A DNA stretch of 64,000 nucleotides from Calcarisporiella thermophila CBS 279.70. Lineage: Eukaryota; Fungi; Calcarisporiellomycota. The notes beneath the pieces are model-generated. The model worked only from the letters and a program-made list of their open reading frames with translations, did not search any database and was not told the origin of the DNA. The stretch lies in assembly GCF_041956535.1 (NCBI RefSeq), contig NW_027192213.1, positions 323,926 through 387,925 of the forward strand. Reading direction: 5' to 3'. A program made the translations under genes and the position numbers. Shown here piece by piece: positions 38,036-51,784 of the stretch (position 1 is its first letter; the number at the start of each line of letters is the position of its first letter).

Positions 38036-41000
38036 ATGTCGCTTGCTAATAGGAGAACAAAGGCGAAGATCAAACCTCCTAGAAAGTTGGTAAGTTTTCA
38101 TTGTAACTCACAAATCGGTCAACCGAATAAATGGAATCGATCGATATTGATTTTTGCATTTAATACTATAACGATGTTGCCATTATATTAACCATACTAA
38201 CTGTATTCCATGGCTTATTAGGCATTCAACGAAAATGTTTTCAATGAGTCTTGGGAGAAACTGTCTCGCGCCATTAGCGAAATCCATCGCAAGAATACAT
38301 CCAACCTTTCATATGAAGAACTCTACCGTACTGCCTATTACCTTGTCATTAACAAGTCCCAGGAGCGACTATATAATGGGGTGAAGCAGGTGATCGCTGA
38401 TCATTTGGAAGAGGTGGCGCGCGATCAAGTTGTGCCCGCTTTCGTGGTTGGGCAGTCAGGCGACGGCTCCTCATTCCTCAAGGTGCTAATTCGCGTGTGG
38501 GAAGATCACACAACTTGCATGCATTTAATCAGGGATATAATGATGTATTTGGTAGAATTTCAATCTCTCAGCATAGGAGATGTACTGGGATTTAAAAGTT
38601 TTTCTTTTCCCTTATTGTTCAGGATGGCTCATATCCAAAACTGGCCCAAGTGCCTCCTGTCTATGATATGGGCCTCGAACTCTTTCGCGACACGGTAGTG
38701 CGTTCCCCCCGCTACCCTATCCAAGAGCATATGTTCACTATCCTTCTTGACCTTATTCGACGTGAGCGCGAGGGCGAAGTCATCGATCGCAGCAGCATCA
38801 AGGCAGTCACAGATATGCTATTAGAGCTGCCGGAGAATCAGATCGCCAGTGAAAGCGTGTACCAGACAGGATTCGAAAAGGAATTCCTGGCCGAAAGTAG
38901 AGAATTCTACCGAGTGGAGGGACAGATGTTGGTGGGAAAATATGACGCCCCCGAGTATTTAAAAAAGGTGAGTGCCCAAAGCGGTGCGAGGATGCACGGT
39001 CATTTTCCTTTATTCACACACATTTCTCTTAGGTGGAGAAGCGATTAAATGAAGAAGATCAGCGGATACGGCACTATTTATCCTCAATGACCGAGGGGCA
39101 TATCCGAAATATTGTGGAAACTGAATTAATTGCCAATCACATCAAGACGGTCATGGAGGTAATATTATCTGAAATAGAGCTTATAAAATGATCCCTTAGT
39201 ATATTTATATATTTATCATGCTTTTATACTATATAATAGATGGAAAATTCGGGATTGAAAGTGATGCTTGATAATAAGAAATTAGAAGGTATGAAAAGCA
39301 AATTGTATCTTCAAAGTTGGGCCATCTTATTCATTTTGAACCCAAAGACATCGGTAGAATGTACAAGCTTTTCATGCGCGTGCCGACAGGGCTCCGCGAC
39401 ATGCAAAAATTCATCGGTGATTACATCCGCGAGCTTGGTAGAGCAATCAATAGTCCGATTGTTTTACCCACGTCTGCAAAGGAAAACAACGAGCCTGTTT
39501 CTAAGCCGGAAAAGACAGCTGGAATGGGAGCCAGTTCAGCAGCAGCATTGAGATGGGTACAAGAGGTCCTTGCACTGAAGAGCAAATTCGATGAAATTCT
39601 GAGGAATGGGCTGAATAGTGATAAAAGTTTTCAAACCACGTTTAATGAGGTAAATATCCGTTTGTTTTGGGCGTTTATTAGAGATTAGATTCGTTTCAAC
39701 TCTGTATTAGGCATTTTCAAATTTCATTAACAACAACCCCAAATCACCGGAGTATATATCACTATTTATCGACGAGAACTTGAAAAAGGGGATTAAAGGG
39801 GTATGTGAGCTGAAAGATCCCCCTGTTTCTTGAAGTTCCTTCATTTCTCGATAATTTTTAGAAATCTGACGACGAGGTGGATTCGATCCTGGATGAGACA
39901 ATATCGCTTTTCAGGTTCGTGCAGGAGAAGGATGTGTTCGAACGATATTATAAGCAGCACCTTGCAAAGCGATTGTTGGGAGGTAGAAGTGTCTCAGACG
40001 ATGCTGAGCGCAACATGTTATCAAAGCTTAAGGTATCGATCGAGGGCATTTTTTCATTTGATCATTCTCATACTCATTCAATACTCCCACGTGCGAATTT
40101 AGTTGGAGTGCGGCTGTCAGTTCACCTCCAAACTCGAAGGCATGTTCCAAGACATGCGCACATCGGCTGAGACCATGCTCATTTTTAGACAGAAAGCTGC
40201 TCAGGCGAATTTGCAGGTTAGATTGGCTTTCTGACCACCTCATCGCATTCACCTCAAATCCCTGTGGTACATTATCTTTAAATAGCTTGAGCTTAACGTC
40301 AATGTTCTTACCTCCACATTTTGGCCCATGAACTCGAACGTAACCCAATGCAACATGCCCCCCGAGGTCCAAGCGGCTTGCGAAGTCTACAAGCAATTCT
40401 ACTTGAGCCGACATAGTGGCCGTCGCATAGCTTGGCAATACAATCTGGGCACGGCAGAGATTCGCGCCCATTTCGATACTCGCAAGCATGAGCTCTCGGT
40501 GTCGACCTATGCGATGGTCGTGCTGCTTTTGTTCAATAACCTCGGGGACGGAAATTCGCTCTCATTTACTGATATACAGCAAGAGACGGAGATCGAGGAG
40601 TCGGACTTGCGGCGCACTCTGCAATCACTGGCATGCGGCAAGTATAAGATTCTTCTCAAGACGCCAAAAGGCCGAGAAATTGGAGCGGACGACCGCTTCG
40701 TTGCCAACTGGGGCTTCACATGTCCGTTGGCCCGGATTAAGATTCAAACGGTGGCCGCAAAGGTCGAATCGGAGCCGGAACGCAGAGAAACCATTGAAAA
40801 AGTGGAGGAGACCCGAAAGCACCAGATAGAGGCTGCGATTGTACGGATAATGAAGGATAGGAAGACCATGGAGCACAACCAGTTGGTGGCCGAAGTCACA
40901 AGGCAGCTGACGCCGCGGTTTGTACCGGTTCCAGGTATGATCAAGAAGAGAATCGAAACGTTGATCGATAGGGAATATTTGGAACGTGCCTCTGGTGATA

Positions 41001-41104
41001 GGTAGGATGAAACATGGATACTTTGATTTCTCTATTGAATCGGCTAACATTCTCTCCTCCATCCCTTGCATTTCCATAGAAAAATGTATAATTATCTTGC
41101 GTAA
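38036..41104 (+). CDS. CUL3: Cullin-3
   Basis: [41 protein letters not shown] (neddylation site), [16 protein letters not shown] and terminal YNYLA. Confidence 0.94.
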
Positions 41105-41407
41105 AACTTTTTCTTCTTGCTTTAATTCGTTGATTCTATATTTTAACAAACATCTTGTCTACTCTGCCGTTCCATACCCTCCTTCCCCGCCCTCCCCTTC
41201 TCCCCCCTAGCCATTTCAAATGAATTTGTTTCAGTTCTGACAAAAATTAAAAGACTATCCCAAGAAGAGAGAATACGTGGGGATGAGCTGAAGAGGAGCG
41301 CAAGAAAAAAATTTAGAGAATAGCAGTTTATTTTTTCAGAGTTTCTATAGAGTCGAGGATCAACCACAATAAAAAACAAATAAGCAGAGGAGAATAATAT
41401 AACAAAC

Positions 41408-42203
41408 TTAGAACATGGCCATGTCGCCGAACTTCTCTTTGTACCCAGGCACGTTCCACTTGCCCTTCTGAACCATCTTCTCCACAGTTTCGGTGATGCG
41501 AGGCTCTGCAACAAGCACGTCATCAACCTAGACAAAAAGAAAAGCGAATGGATTAGGTCTACCGTTGCTAAATGGAAGGGCAAACAAATTCTTACAGTCA
41601 ATTCATCGATGGGACGAGCGGTCTCGATGTTCGTGAGTGTCTTCTGAAGATCAGCAAGCTCGGTTTCAACTTTGCTAGCGGTCTGCTTCGCGCGCTCAAT
41701 CTAACACAAAGAGAGGTGGGTTAATTGAGGAACTCAAAGGAAAGTAGAAAGAATTCGAAAAATAAAATCTCGCTAGCCAGCTCCAAAGTGGAGAGAAAAA
41801 AAAATACAAAAAAAGCGTTATGTATGTAAGAGTTATGTAATGAATGTAAGATTGAATTTGGGTATATATAAAAATCAATGAAAATAAAATCCGATCGGTG
41901 ACTTACAGCAACAGCCTCGAACTTCTCAATGGCCTTAATCTGTGACTGGACATCGTATGTGGTTGGTTTGAATGACTTGAGCTGCTTCTCAGCCTCTTCA
42001 ACAACCTGTTTGTTCTTCAGCAGCTCGCGATACTTTGCAAAATCGACATCGGTCTTCTGGGCCTTGAGCTCGGCAAGGACACGGCGAGCTTCCTCATTGC
42101 GCTTGCGGAAGGCTTGTAGAGATGCGATGGTGTCGCGCTTGAGGCCGAGGGACACGGTGAGCTTGGACCAATCGATGTGAGAGGCAGCGGCACGGGCAGA
42201 CAT
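41408..42203 (-). CDS. ATP7: Mitochondrial ATP synthase subunit d
   Basis: IDWSKL, FRKRNEEARR, VDFAKYR, NIETARPIDELT and GKWNVPGYKEKFGD. Confidence 0.94.
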
Positions 42204-42540
42204 CTTTTTTCGATTTGATGTTCTTTTTAACAAAGAAATTCAGGAAACTTAGTGTATTTAGTAAACGCAAACAGAGGCAAGCAGGGGGTTCTTCGAAATG
42301 CTACGTCATCAAATGAGCCACCCCAAATTGGATTTCTGATTTTGGCAAAGTCGCGAGGTGAACGCGTAGGAATTGAATGGTCGTATGAAATGTCAGATCG
42401 CCGCCCTGCGAGGAAAGATACCGCCTCATCTACCGATCCTTTTTTGAAACACTAGAATACCATTGCGCAATAGTCTATTATTTTTTTTTAGCATTTTATT
42501 AAGCATCGCAGCGAACCTATAATTAATACAATACTCTACA

Positions 42541-44585
42541 ATGCTGCACGAACTCCTTTTTGCGATGTCCGGTCATCCCGGCGACGTCTTTATATCCACC
42601 CCCACTACCTTCCAAGTCACCCCTGATTTCCCTCTTCTTCATAATTCCGAAATCCACGCGTTAAATCGCCTGGCGCATCTGGGCTTTTGCTATTTTCAGC
42701 TCTCGGAATTCATCGCCCACACTCGCAATCGTAAAGGCTTTTATCTCCAATCGTTAAGTACTGCTCTGCATAATGCGCTCGGGACCTATCGCTGTGCGCT
42801 TCTGGAATGTGAAAAGGGAATAATAAGTAGCAAGAGCGGAACCCTCTCGATGTTAGAGGCGGAATTTGCCCTCCACGAAATAGTGCTTCCTGCCCTGCTT
42901 GGGCTCGTGAATGAGATAAAGGATAAGAAGGTGGCTGGGTGCAGAATATTAGACGTGGTTGCCGATCGTACGCAAACCGGTGTTCCCGAAATAAAGAGCG
43001 TCATGATGCGCATACTCAAGGCGTGTCACGCAGTTTTCTACCAGCAGATAGCAGCCTGGATGATGTATGGCCAGCTACGTGACCCTCATGCAGAGTTCTT
43101 CATCCGCGAGGATTCTCGAGAAGAGCAGGTCCATACCGGCGGGAAGCTCAATTACGTCTTGGATAAAACGCAAATTCCATCCCATATTCCGATGGCTAGT
43201 GCAGAGTCGATCCTATTCTCCGGAAGAGTCGTTAGAATCGTGCGTGAAGGGGCTGGCGAACATGCACGGTCCAGAGGCGGAAAAGGAGGGGGAAAGGATG
43301 CCTATTTCCCCCCCTCTTCGGTGACCGATTCCCACCTCTCCTCCCTCATCCGTCTATCCCACTCCCCTGCATTCGAGCTCTCCGAATTCTGCAATACCAT
43401 CCAATCTATTCGCAGCTCCATTTCTCAGTGGGTATGGAGGCGTATACTCACCCCATCAACCATCGTTGTATGTTTGGAGTCTTTCAGGCACCTATTTTTG
43501 CTCGGAAGAGGCGATTTTGCCCTGAATATGCTGGAGGAATTGCAGCAGTTAGATGGGAAGCAACGCGTGAAAGAGCACGAGCTGAATGCGCTGCTGGTGC
43601 GAGCGGCGGTTGGGACGCTAGCCGAGGATGACCCTGCGTTGGACAAGCTACGGTTTGTGATAGGAGAAAATGCACCAGAAGACCCCAAGGAAAGCAAAGA
43701 GAAAAACGTGTTTGCCAGCATGCTTATCGGCATTCCAATCCGTCTGACCTACCGCCTCGAGTGGCCGCTTGACTTATTCCTTGGCGAAGAAGAGCTGCGG
43801 CAATACGACAACCTCTTCACCTATCTACTCGTCACGCGAAGAATTCAGTTCCGCCTACAGCGGCTAGCACGAGCGGTATCCGAACGAGGGAGATGGCGGT
43901 GGCGACGACAATTGGATGGGGAGAAGAGTCTGATCGAGGAGAGAGAGAAAGACGCCCGCCAGTACGCCGAATGGAGCATGATTGTTTGGCGGGTACGAGG
44001 GATGATGATGTTTTTTATCGACGCAATATGGGGGCATATGCAGGTAAATATTCCAGGCCTTATCAAATTTCAGAGATTGGATGAAAGCCAATCTGGCATT
44101 TCATTCTCTTTTTTTTTCGGATTGCTTATACCATCTTTATTTGTGAACCGCTTTTTAATGGGCCGAATTTTTAGATGGATGTGATCGAGGTCAACTTTCG
44201 TGCGTTTCTCCAGAAAGTCGCGGCTGCCGCCGCCGATACGCTTGATTTTGAATCTTTGCAACAGGCCCACCGCTACTACTTGGACAATCTCGTGCGTGGG
44301 TGCCTCCTGGAATCACAGGTCCTTAGAGGATGTCTGCGCGAAGCCTTTGGCGTGTGTGATCGATTCTGCGGCATTGTGGAAAGGGTGTCAGAGGATGGGG
44401 CGGGGAGGGGCGAGGAAGAGAGGGATGTCAAGGCCATTTTGCGACTGGAGAAGGAGTTCAATCGGCAGGCCTTCTTCCTATTTCGCACCCTCTCCGGGGT
44501 GAGCTCGGGAGAAGGCCCCGCCCGCCATCTCAACCACCTGCTACTGCGGCTGGATTTCACCAAATGGTTTTCATTTCATGTATAA
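42541..44585 (+). CDS. GCP4: Gamma-tubulin complex component GCP4
   Basis: MLHELLFAMSGHPGDVF, WMMYGQLRDPHAEFFI, FLLGRGDF, YRLEWPLDLFL, Q|MDVIE and LLLRLDF. Confidence 0.88.
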
Positions 44586-44753
44586 ACTCTCCCCAACCGA
44601 TTGTTATTTGTTTTTCGTGTTTTCCTTTTTACAATATTTCCGAAAATGGATGTAAATAATTGAACAAAGAGCACACAAGATGAGACAGCCCGCCCGATAG
44701 AAAACCAAAAGAAGAAGATACTTTATTTGCGAACGAAGCTAACTTATCACCCA

Positions 44754-46259
44754 TCATAGCTTCTGATAGTCTAACTTGGTCTCTAGCTTCTTTGCATCCG
44801 ACACCTTCCGTACCGCCTTCATAAAGTCCTCCTGAACCACGTAGTCGCGCTCCTCGCGAATGGCAAACATGCCTATCCATGCAAAAATACAAAAAAAAAA
44901 AGGTCAGACACTTAACAAAGAGCCGGCATTGGGAGGGGGAGGCGGGGGGGAAGGGCAGAATACGCACCAGCTTCTGTGCACACGTTCCTTAGATCCGCAC
45001 CATTAAATCCATCGGAGAGCTTCACTATCGCCTCGTAGTCAATCTCGCCGTGCTTGGTGATGGGCCCGGCATGGATCTTGAGAATTTCCATCCGCCCTTG
45101 CTCATTGGGGAGTGGGATTTCAATCTTCCGGTCCAAACGACCGGGGCGCAACAAGGCGGGATCGAGGGTGTCAGGCCGGTTGGTTGCCATGATTAGCTTC
45201 GTCTGACCCAGATAGTCGAACCCGTCCATCTGGTTGAGCAGCTCCATCAACGTTCGCTGAATTTCACGATCGGCTGAGGTGCCTTCGGAGAAACGTCTGC
45301 CTCCAATAGCGTCGATCTCATCCATGAAGATAATGCAGGGCTCATGCTCTTTGGCATAACCTGAAGAGGAAGAGCAAAGAGGTTAGAGCACGTGCGCTCG
45401 ATTCAAAAAGCTATAGCACAATTACCAAACATCTCGCGAATCAACCGTGCGCTCTCTCCAATATATTTGTCCACAATCGCACTTGAGACCACCTTCAAGA
45501 AATTCGTCTCTAGACTACTTGCGACAGCCCTAGCCAACAGTGTTTTCCCGGTGCCGGGTGGTCCGTATAATAGCACCCCCTTGGGAGGCTTAATTCCCAC
45601 GCGCAAAAACAGTTCTGGATTCGTCAGCGGCAACTCGATAACTTCTCTCAACTCGCGAATCTGTTCTGATAGACCCCCAATACCCGCAAAGCTCACATCT
45701 CCAGGGTCCTCGGAAGACATGTTGTACACCAGGGGATCGACCTCCCGTGGGAGGATACGCATAATGGTCAAGGTAGTCATGTCAAGAGCAACACGAGTGC
45801 CTTGTTTGAGCTTGAGTTTATCCACCTTATTACGGCAGCCAACAACATAGCGGGGGCCGCTTGAAGCCTTTACAATAACTAAAGAATAAGTGACGAGAGG
45901 CGGTGAGTGCCCAAAATGGGGGGGGGTTAAACTCAGAGCACAGCAAATAGAAAAAAAAAAACATACATCGCTCTTCATCCAGCTGTTTAAGCACTTCTCC
46001 GATGATCTGACCGACACTCTGAAGGGCTTTAAGATCATCCTCGGATTTTTCGTAGTGCTTCTCCAAATCTCTTAAACCGAAACGTACTATGCTCAACCAA
46101 CGAAACTCGAATCAATCCAAATGCAAATGATCACATCCTTAAAGATTTATATTTACATTCTTTAACTTTAGCCTCCATCTCCCGGTGATCCAACAGCTTC
46201 TTCTTATAATCGTTGAGCGCTTTTGTGCGCGCATCGCTGTCGCTTGAGCTGCTTGCCAT
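44754..46259 (-). CDS. RPT4: 26S proteasome AAA-ATPase Rpt4
   Basis: [46 protein letters not shown] and [26 protein letters not shown]. Confidence 0.97.
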
Positions 46260-48312
46260 GGTTAGGAAGTTTCTGACTGGAATAGAATGAGGATATAATC
46301 TACAAACGCGTCTTCAAGATTTATTCCTTGCGTAAGCTCCATTGGGTGGCTTGGATTGGAGTGCCATTTCAAATTTTTCGTTTGGAGGATACCGGGTGGA
46401 GAGGAGAAGAGTCTAAGGGTAGAGAATGACCTCGTCTCTGCGGTATATCCCCGGAAGACCTGGCTGGATGACATGGCTACAGGCTAAACCCAGCTCTGCC
46501 ATCTACTTCACCATGAATAAATGTGACAGAAGAGTAGGCTATGAGTCAGAAGCAAGGATTTCAGCAGCAGGGTTTGTGCTGGTAGGAAACGTCTTGACGC
46601 GAAATTAATGACTGCTGCCACTGCTGGTCTCAACCTTTACCTTATCATAGCCATTGCTAGATAGTCTATCCCAGTTACCACGGTGTAAAGTTGTGCTTCT
46701 CAAGAAGGTTTATTCAGTTTCCACACGTTTCTTTCTCACGGAAAAATTCTCGGTATTGCCTCACCGAAACTTTCCTCATTTCAAGCGTCAATTGTGTATC
46801 CTAGACTCATAGAAGATGCGCGATAATCAAACCAAATTAAAATGATACTACAGATATAGGAAGGTGCAAATTTGAGGACACAATAAACCGTCCGTGACTA
46901 AAGAAAATGGAGCCGTGTTGGTTTTCGGAGAAGCCTATTCTATCCAAGCCAATAATGATAGAAGAGAGAATGTGAAAATGCTCTCAGCCATATCTACAAT
47001 ATTTAGACATAGTCTGCTAGTCTGTTAGCGTCGACTGTGCTTTCGAGAGTAAGCAAGTGGTATTAGCGTCTTGGCGGGTTGCCGGGACCGCGCTGACACC
47101 TCGTGAAAATCGGGTTAGCGTCAGGGGACGAGAGGCCAATGCGAAAGAGCACAAAATCGGCCGGAAATCTCGCGAGTGACCAGGTTACGAAAAGCCTCGG
47201 CTCCGTCAATGGCTTGTTCGTATTTCATCAGGTGAAAGAGAGCATTGGATGGCCGGGGCGGTGCTTTGATGGCGTGGATTTGGTATTTCCGGGAGAGCCA
47301 CTATGTTCCCGGGCAAATCCAGGGATTGCTTCTGAAGTTGGGCCGCGTGGAAGAGGCCGTCCCAGCCGGCACTGAGCTTCAATTTTTGCCGTCCCGCCGA
47401 GCACAATGGAGCAAAACGGCTCGCCGGGTGGCTGGCCATGGTTCGCGAAGCTCGGCTTCCATTGAGAACACCACTTCTGAAAATCCCGTCGGTATTCTGT
47501 CCAGGGGCTGCCCGGGCGTTCTCTAGGGGAAAAGGCGGTAGCCGCTCGTTCTACAATGCACGAGCAGAACCTTTGCGCGCACACCCGAGGTTACACTGCA
47601 AGTCACAATGCGCGAAGAGGCGAATGGGGAGGAGGCAAGATAGGATGGACAGCTGGCATTAGAAAGCGGCATTGTCGTAAGCACAGTAGCAAAACCTTTA
47701 TCCCGCACGCGTCAGCTTACGGCGGCCAGCATTTTTGCAGCCGTCAGGCAAGAGTTATATATAGCCCGACTGTGCTTCCGCCCGAGCGTTTTAGGCGATG
47801 CGAATCCGCGTTGGACAAAAATTTGTGTGCTTGCAAAATTTGATTTCATACAAAGTTCTCTTCTCACCTTGCATTTTGTTCTCGCACCTTTTAATCCTAA
47901 TTATTACCAGCAATACCAGGGGCTCATTCTCTCGCAATCTCTGCGCTCATCTTCTCCATCCGTTGGCTTTGCATTTGGATCTGACAAGAAAGAGGGGGCG
48001 ATTGCTGCTTACTTCCTCTGCTTATCCTTCTCTTGGTGTATTCCGCTTTTTATTTTTCTTTTTCTTTCTTCGATTTGTTTCCTAGTGCAAATAATCTCTT
48101 ATTTTCTTCTCTATTTTTATTTCCATTTAATCCCTTTTGATCCGCCATTCCTTGCGCCTGTCAATCGTGAAGTGAAAGCTTGGTTAGAGGTTCCGATTTG
48201 GTATTTTTTTCCCGCCTTCTTTTATTGCTATTCGATCGAATTTTCCCACCCTTTCTCTACGACGTATCTAATGGTTTGTCTAGTAGCAAACTACATCCAT
48301 GCCCAGATCGAA

Positions 48313-50658
48313 ATGAGCGAAAAACGAAGTCTATCTTATGACCTTTTCGTGTGGTTCTTCAACATCCTCCTGGATATATTCTTCCGCGAGATTCAGCCGC
48401 GCGGTGCACACAAAATCCCGCTAGAAGGTCCTGTTATTTTTGTCGCAGCACCCCATGCGAATCAGGTTCGGGTGGCACCAGGGGATTAGGATTCTATAGA
48501 TGGATATTGACCTGTTTCTATTACCAGTTTGTCGATCCCCTTGTATTAATGCGCGAATGCCCGCGCAGAGTGTCATTCCTCATTGCCGAAAAGTCTACGC
48601 GACGAGCCCTAGTGGGCGCTTTCGCTCGTGCAGTTCACTCTATCCCCGTCACGCGTCCTCAAGACATCACTAAAACAGGCCGCGGGCGCATCCGCCTCGC
48701 GGACCGCTACAACACTCCCACGCGGATCACAGGCGAGGGCACCCAATTCACTCAGTTCGCCCCAGGGTATCAGATCCACCTGCCTAAAAACGGAGGCGCT
48801 GCCGAGATCGTGGAGATCATCTCTGACACCGAATGCGTCATCAAGAGGGAGTTCAAGGACCTCACGGCCCTGGAGATGCTCACGTCGGAGGAGGGCTCAT
48901 CCTACAAGTATGCTCCACCCGTCAATCAGACCGAGGTATACAAGCAAGTGTTTAAGGAGTTGGCGAACGGGCATTGTGTCGGGATTTTCCCCGAGGGCGG
49001 CAGCCATGATCGTGGGGAAATCATGCCCCTGAAGGCCGGGGTAACCATCATGGCGTTGGGCGCCATGGCTAGCAACCCGGACGTGGATGTGAAGATTGTG
49101 CCGTGTGGTAACTACGGATTTCTCTGCGAAGCATGCGGGAATCTCTTCCTTGACTGACGCTTTTTGAATTAGGGCTCAACTATTTCCATGCGCATCGTTT
49201 CCGGTCTCGTGCGGTCGTGGAGTTTGGTCAACCCATCTCCGTGTCCCGCGAGCTGGTGGAGAAATACAAGCTTGGAGGGGCCGAGAAGCGGGAAGCCTGT
49301 GGCAAACTGCTCGATACCATCTACAATGCCCTGAAATCGGTCACCGTCAACGCACCCGACTACGAAACGCTCATGGTAACCATCTCGTGACCGTGGTTGG
49401 GACGCAACCACTCATGATGCTAATTTTCTTTCTTGTTTTTCTTCTCTGTTTCTTCCAATAGTTGATTCAAGCGGCACGTCGCCTCTACAAGCCGGCTCAC
49501 CGTAGGCTTCACATCTCACAAGTGGTCGAGTTGAACCGACGCCTCGTATACGGATACAATCTCTTCAAAGATGAGCCCAAGGTCAAAGAGCTGAAACACA
49601 AGGTCTCCGCCTACAATCAGCTGCTTAAGTACCACGGCCTCAAAGATCACCAGGTGCAAAAGGCCGCGCTGCACGGGGGCCATGCGTTATCGCTGCTCAT
49701 CTACCGCATGTTCTGGCTGGCCTTCTGGGGCATCCTTTCCCTGCCGGGTGCCATTTTGAATCTGCCGGTGGCCATTGTGGCCAGGGTGATTAGTTCGCAG
49801 AAGGCGAAGGAGGCCCTTGCCGCCTCCACGGTCAAGATTGCGGGGCGAGATGTCCTGGCCACATGGAAGCTGCTGGTGGCGCTCGTCCTGGTGCCCCTTC
49901 TCTATTTCTCCTACACCATGCTCGTGCTCTTCCTCACCCTGCGCTACGATTTGGCCTTCAAATGGAAGTTTTGGCTCCCCGTTTTGACGTGGGTGACCCT
50001 TCCGATTTTGAGCTACATGAGCCTGCGCTTTGCGGAAAACGGCATGGACATATACAAATCGTTGCAGCCCCTCCTTCTCTCGCTACTGCCCTGGGAGCGC
50101 ACGAGCGTGGTCAACCTGAGGACGGTCAGGGAGCGGCTGAGCAGCGACATCACCGAGCTGATCAACGAATATGGACCCAAGGTGTTCCCCGACTTTGACC
50201 CGAATCGGGTCGCCCTCGAGCGACATGAGGGCCGCCCACTGACGCCGACGCCGTCCTCGGCGCGGTTAGCGGGCGGCTTCTTCACCACCCCTCTCGAATG
50301 GCTCGACGACAAGGTGTTCCAGTGGGGCCGGGCGGACGACCAGGAGGCCGACGAGTACTTTTTCTTTTTGGATCGGCGCGGACCCGGCGGATTCTCCTCG
50401 CGCTCGCGATCCCGGTCGCGAACCCCCAGTGGAAGTTCGTCGCGGGCACGATCACGCACGAGCAGCTTTGGGACCGGGTTTGGGGGCGAGGGGTTGCGGG
50501 TGGAGGCCATGACCGAGCTCTCGAGAGACAAACCGTTCGCCGAGCTCACCCGTAAGGCAAGGGACAAGTCGCGGGAGCGCTACTTGAAGCCACCGGGGAT
50601 CGAGTTCACCGTTGGAAATGGGAACGTGGCGTCGGAGGAGGAGAAGAAGCATAACTGA
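48313..50658 (+). CDS. SCT1: Glycerol-3-phosphate/DHAP O-acyltransferase (Sct1/Gpt2)
   Basis: APHANQFVDP (HxxxxD), IPVTRPQD, GIFPEGGSHDR, IVPCGLNYFHAHRFRSR and GRDVLATWK. Confidence 0.93.
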
Positions 50659-50975
50659 GCCGTGGAGATGCATCCATATTTATCCTCATCGTTCTCCATT
50701 TTCTCTCTTTCTATTTATATACTCTTATGTTTACCCCCCCCCCCTCCCTCCTCCTCCTCCTCCGCCTCCTCTCTTTACGCACCTTCTGTTTGGGCTGGGT
50801 TGTTCCACGGGAAAAAAAAGAAGGGTTTATAACAGCTATTTTCTATATACAATTTTGTGTGTACTTCTTTTCACCTCTTTTCCTTCCTAATCCTTCGTTA
50901 TCTTTTATCTAGATGTTTTTTGTCTTTCACTGCTAGCAACCATACGCCTTGTTCATATTTTCATATCCAAAAGGA

Positions 50976-50993
50976 ATATATATATATATATAT
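50976..50993. repeat. (AT)9 microsatellite
   Basis: Direct reading; lies between the convergent GPAT and CGI121 3' ends. Confidence 0.8.
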
Positions 50994-51056
50994 TTTTCAA
51001 ATTGAGGTCAGAAAAAAGTAATACACGCACACTGGTCGAAATGCAAGGGATTTTCT

Positions 51057-51784
51057 CTAAAAGCTCTTCACCGCCATCGCCCCCAGTATTAGGCTAATTG
51101 CCTCCTGCTTGTTGTTTATGCTCTCTCCAAGTTTATAGCACTAGAATAAGAGCATGGAGAAATGAACCAAGGCCAAACAGCCTGCGAACAGTTCACGGGG
51201 GCGCTTACCTTCTTCAGTGCGTTCATGTCGGTGAAGGTATCGAGTTCTGCCAGGGGAACCAGCTCACCCTCCACCACGCCCTTCAGTTCCTCCTGGAAAA
51301 TAAGGGGGTCAATAACATGAGCATGAACAGATATGCACAGATGAATGGAAGCGGGCTAGTACCTCGTCGGCCTCCTTTCCGATCTTGGCAATCACCAGGG
51401 CATCCGTGTCTTCCTTAATTCCAAACTTCCGTAATGCCTCCGATATACTCGAGGTGGGCTCGAGGTTGTAGAGGATCTCGGAATAGAGGGTGCGGGTTTT
51501 CAGGCTGTTATGCTGTTGGTCATGGACCGCCTTGTTGGCTGCCACAAGGACTTGGAAGGGATCTAGTAGCTGCAGGGGAGAGCACAAGACAAGGTGAGCA
51601 GTTCTAGTTCTTGATGAGGGACCAATGCCAGACGAACCATGCGCGCATCAACAAACGCGTACGAGAGCGATGGGTCACCTTTCAGGAGCCGCTCGCGCAG
51701 GGAGGCTGTGTTTCTCACATTGCGGAAGAGGGCGAGATGGATTTTACCAGCGGCGGGATAGAGATCGAGATTGTATGATTCCAT
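51057..51784 (-). CDS. CGI121: KEOPS/EKC complex subunit Cgi121/TPRKB
   Basis: LFRNVRN, FQVLVAANKA, LKTRTLYSEILYNLEPTSSISEALRKFG and terminal ILGAMAVKSF. Confidence 0.92.

Noticed and set aside
47827-48312. Hydrophobic N-terminal extension of the 220-aa ORF upstream of GPAT
   Set aside because: T-rich UTR/intron-like sequence with a non-ATG start. GPAT homology begins at the ATG at 48313.
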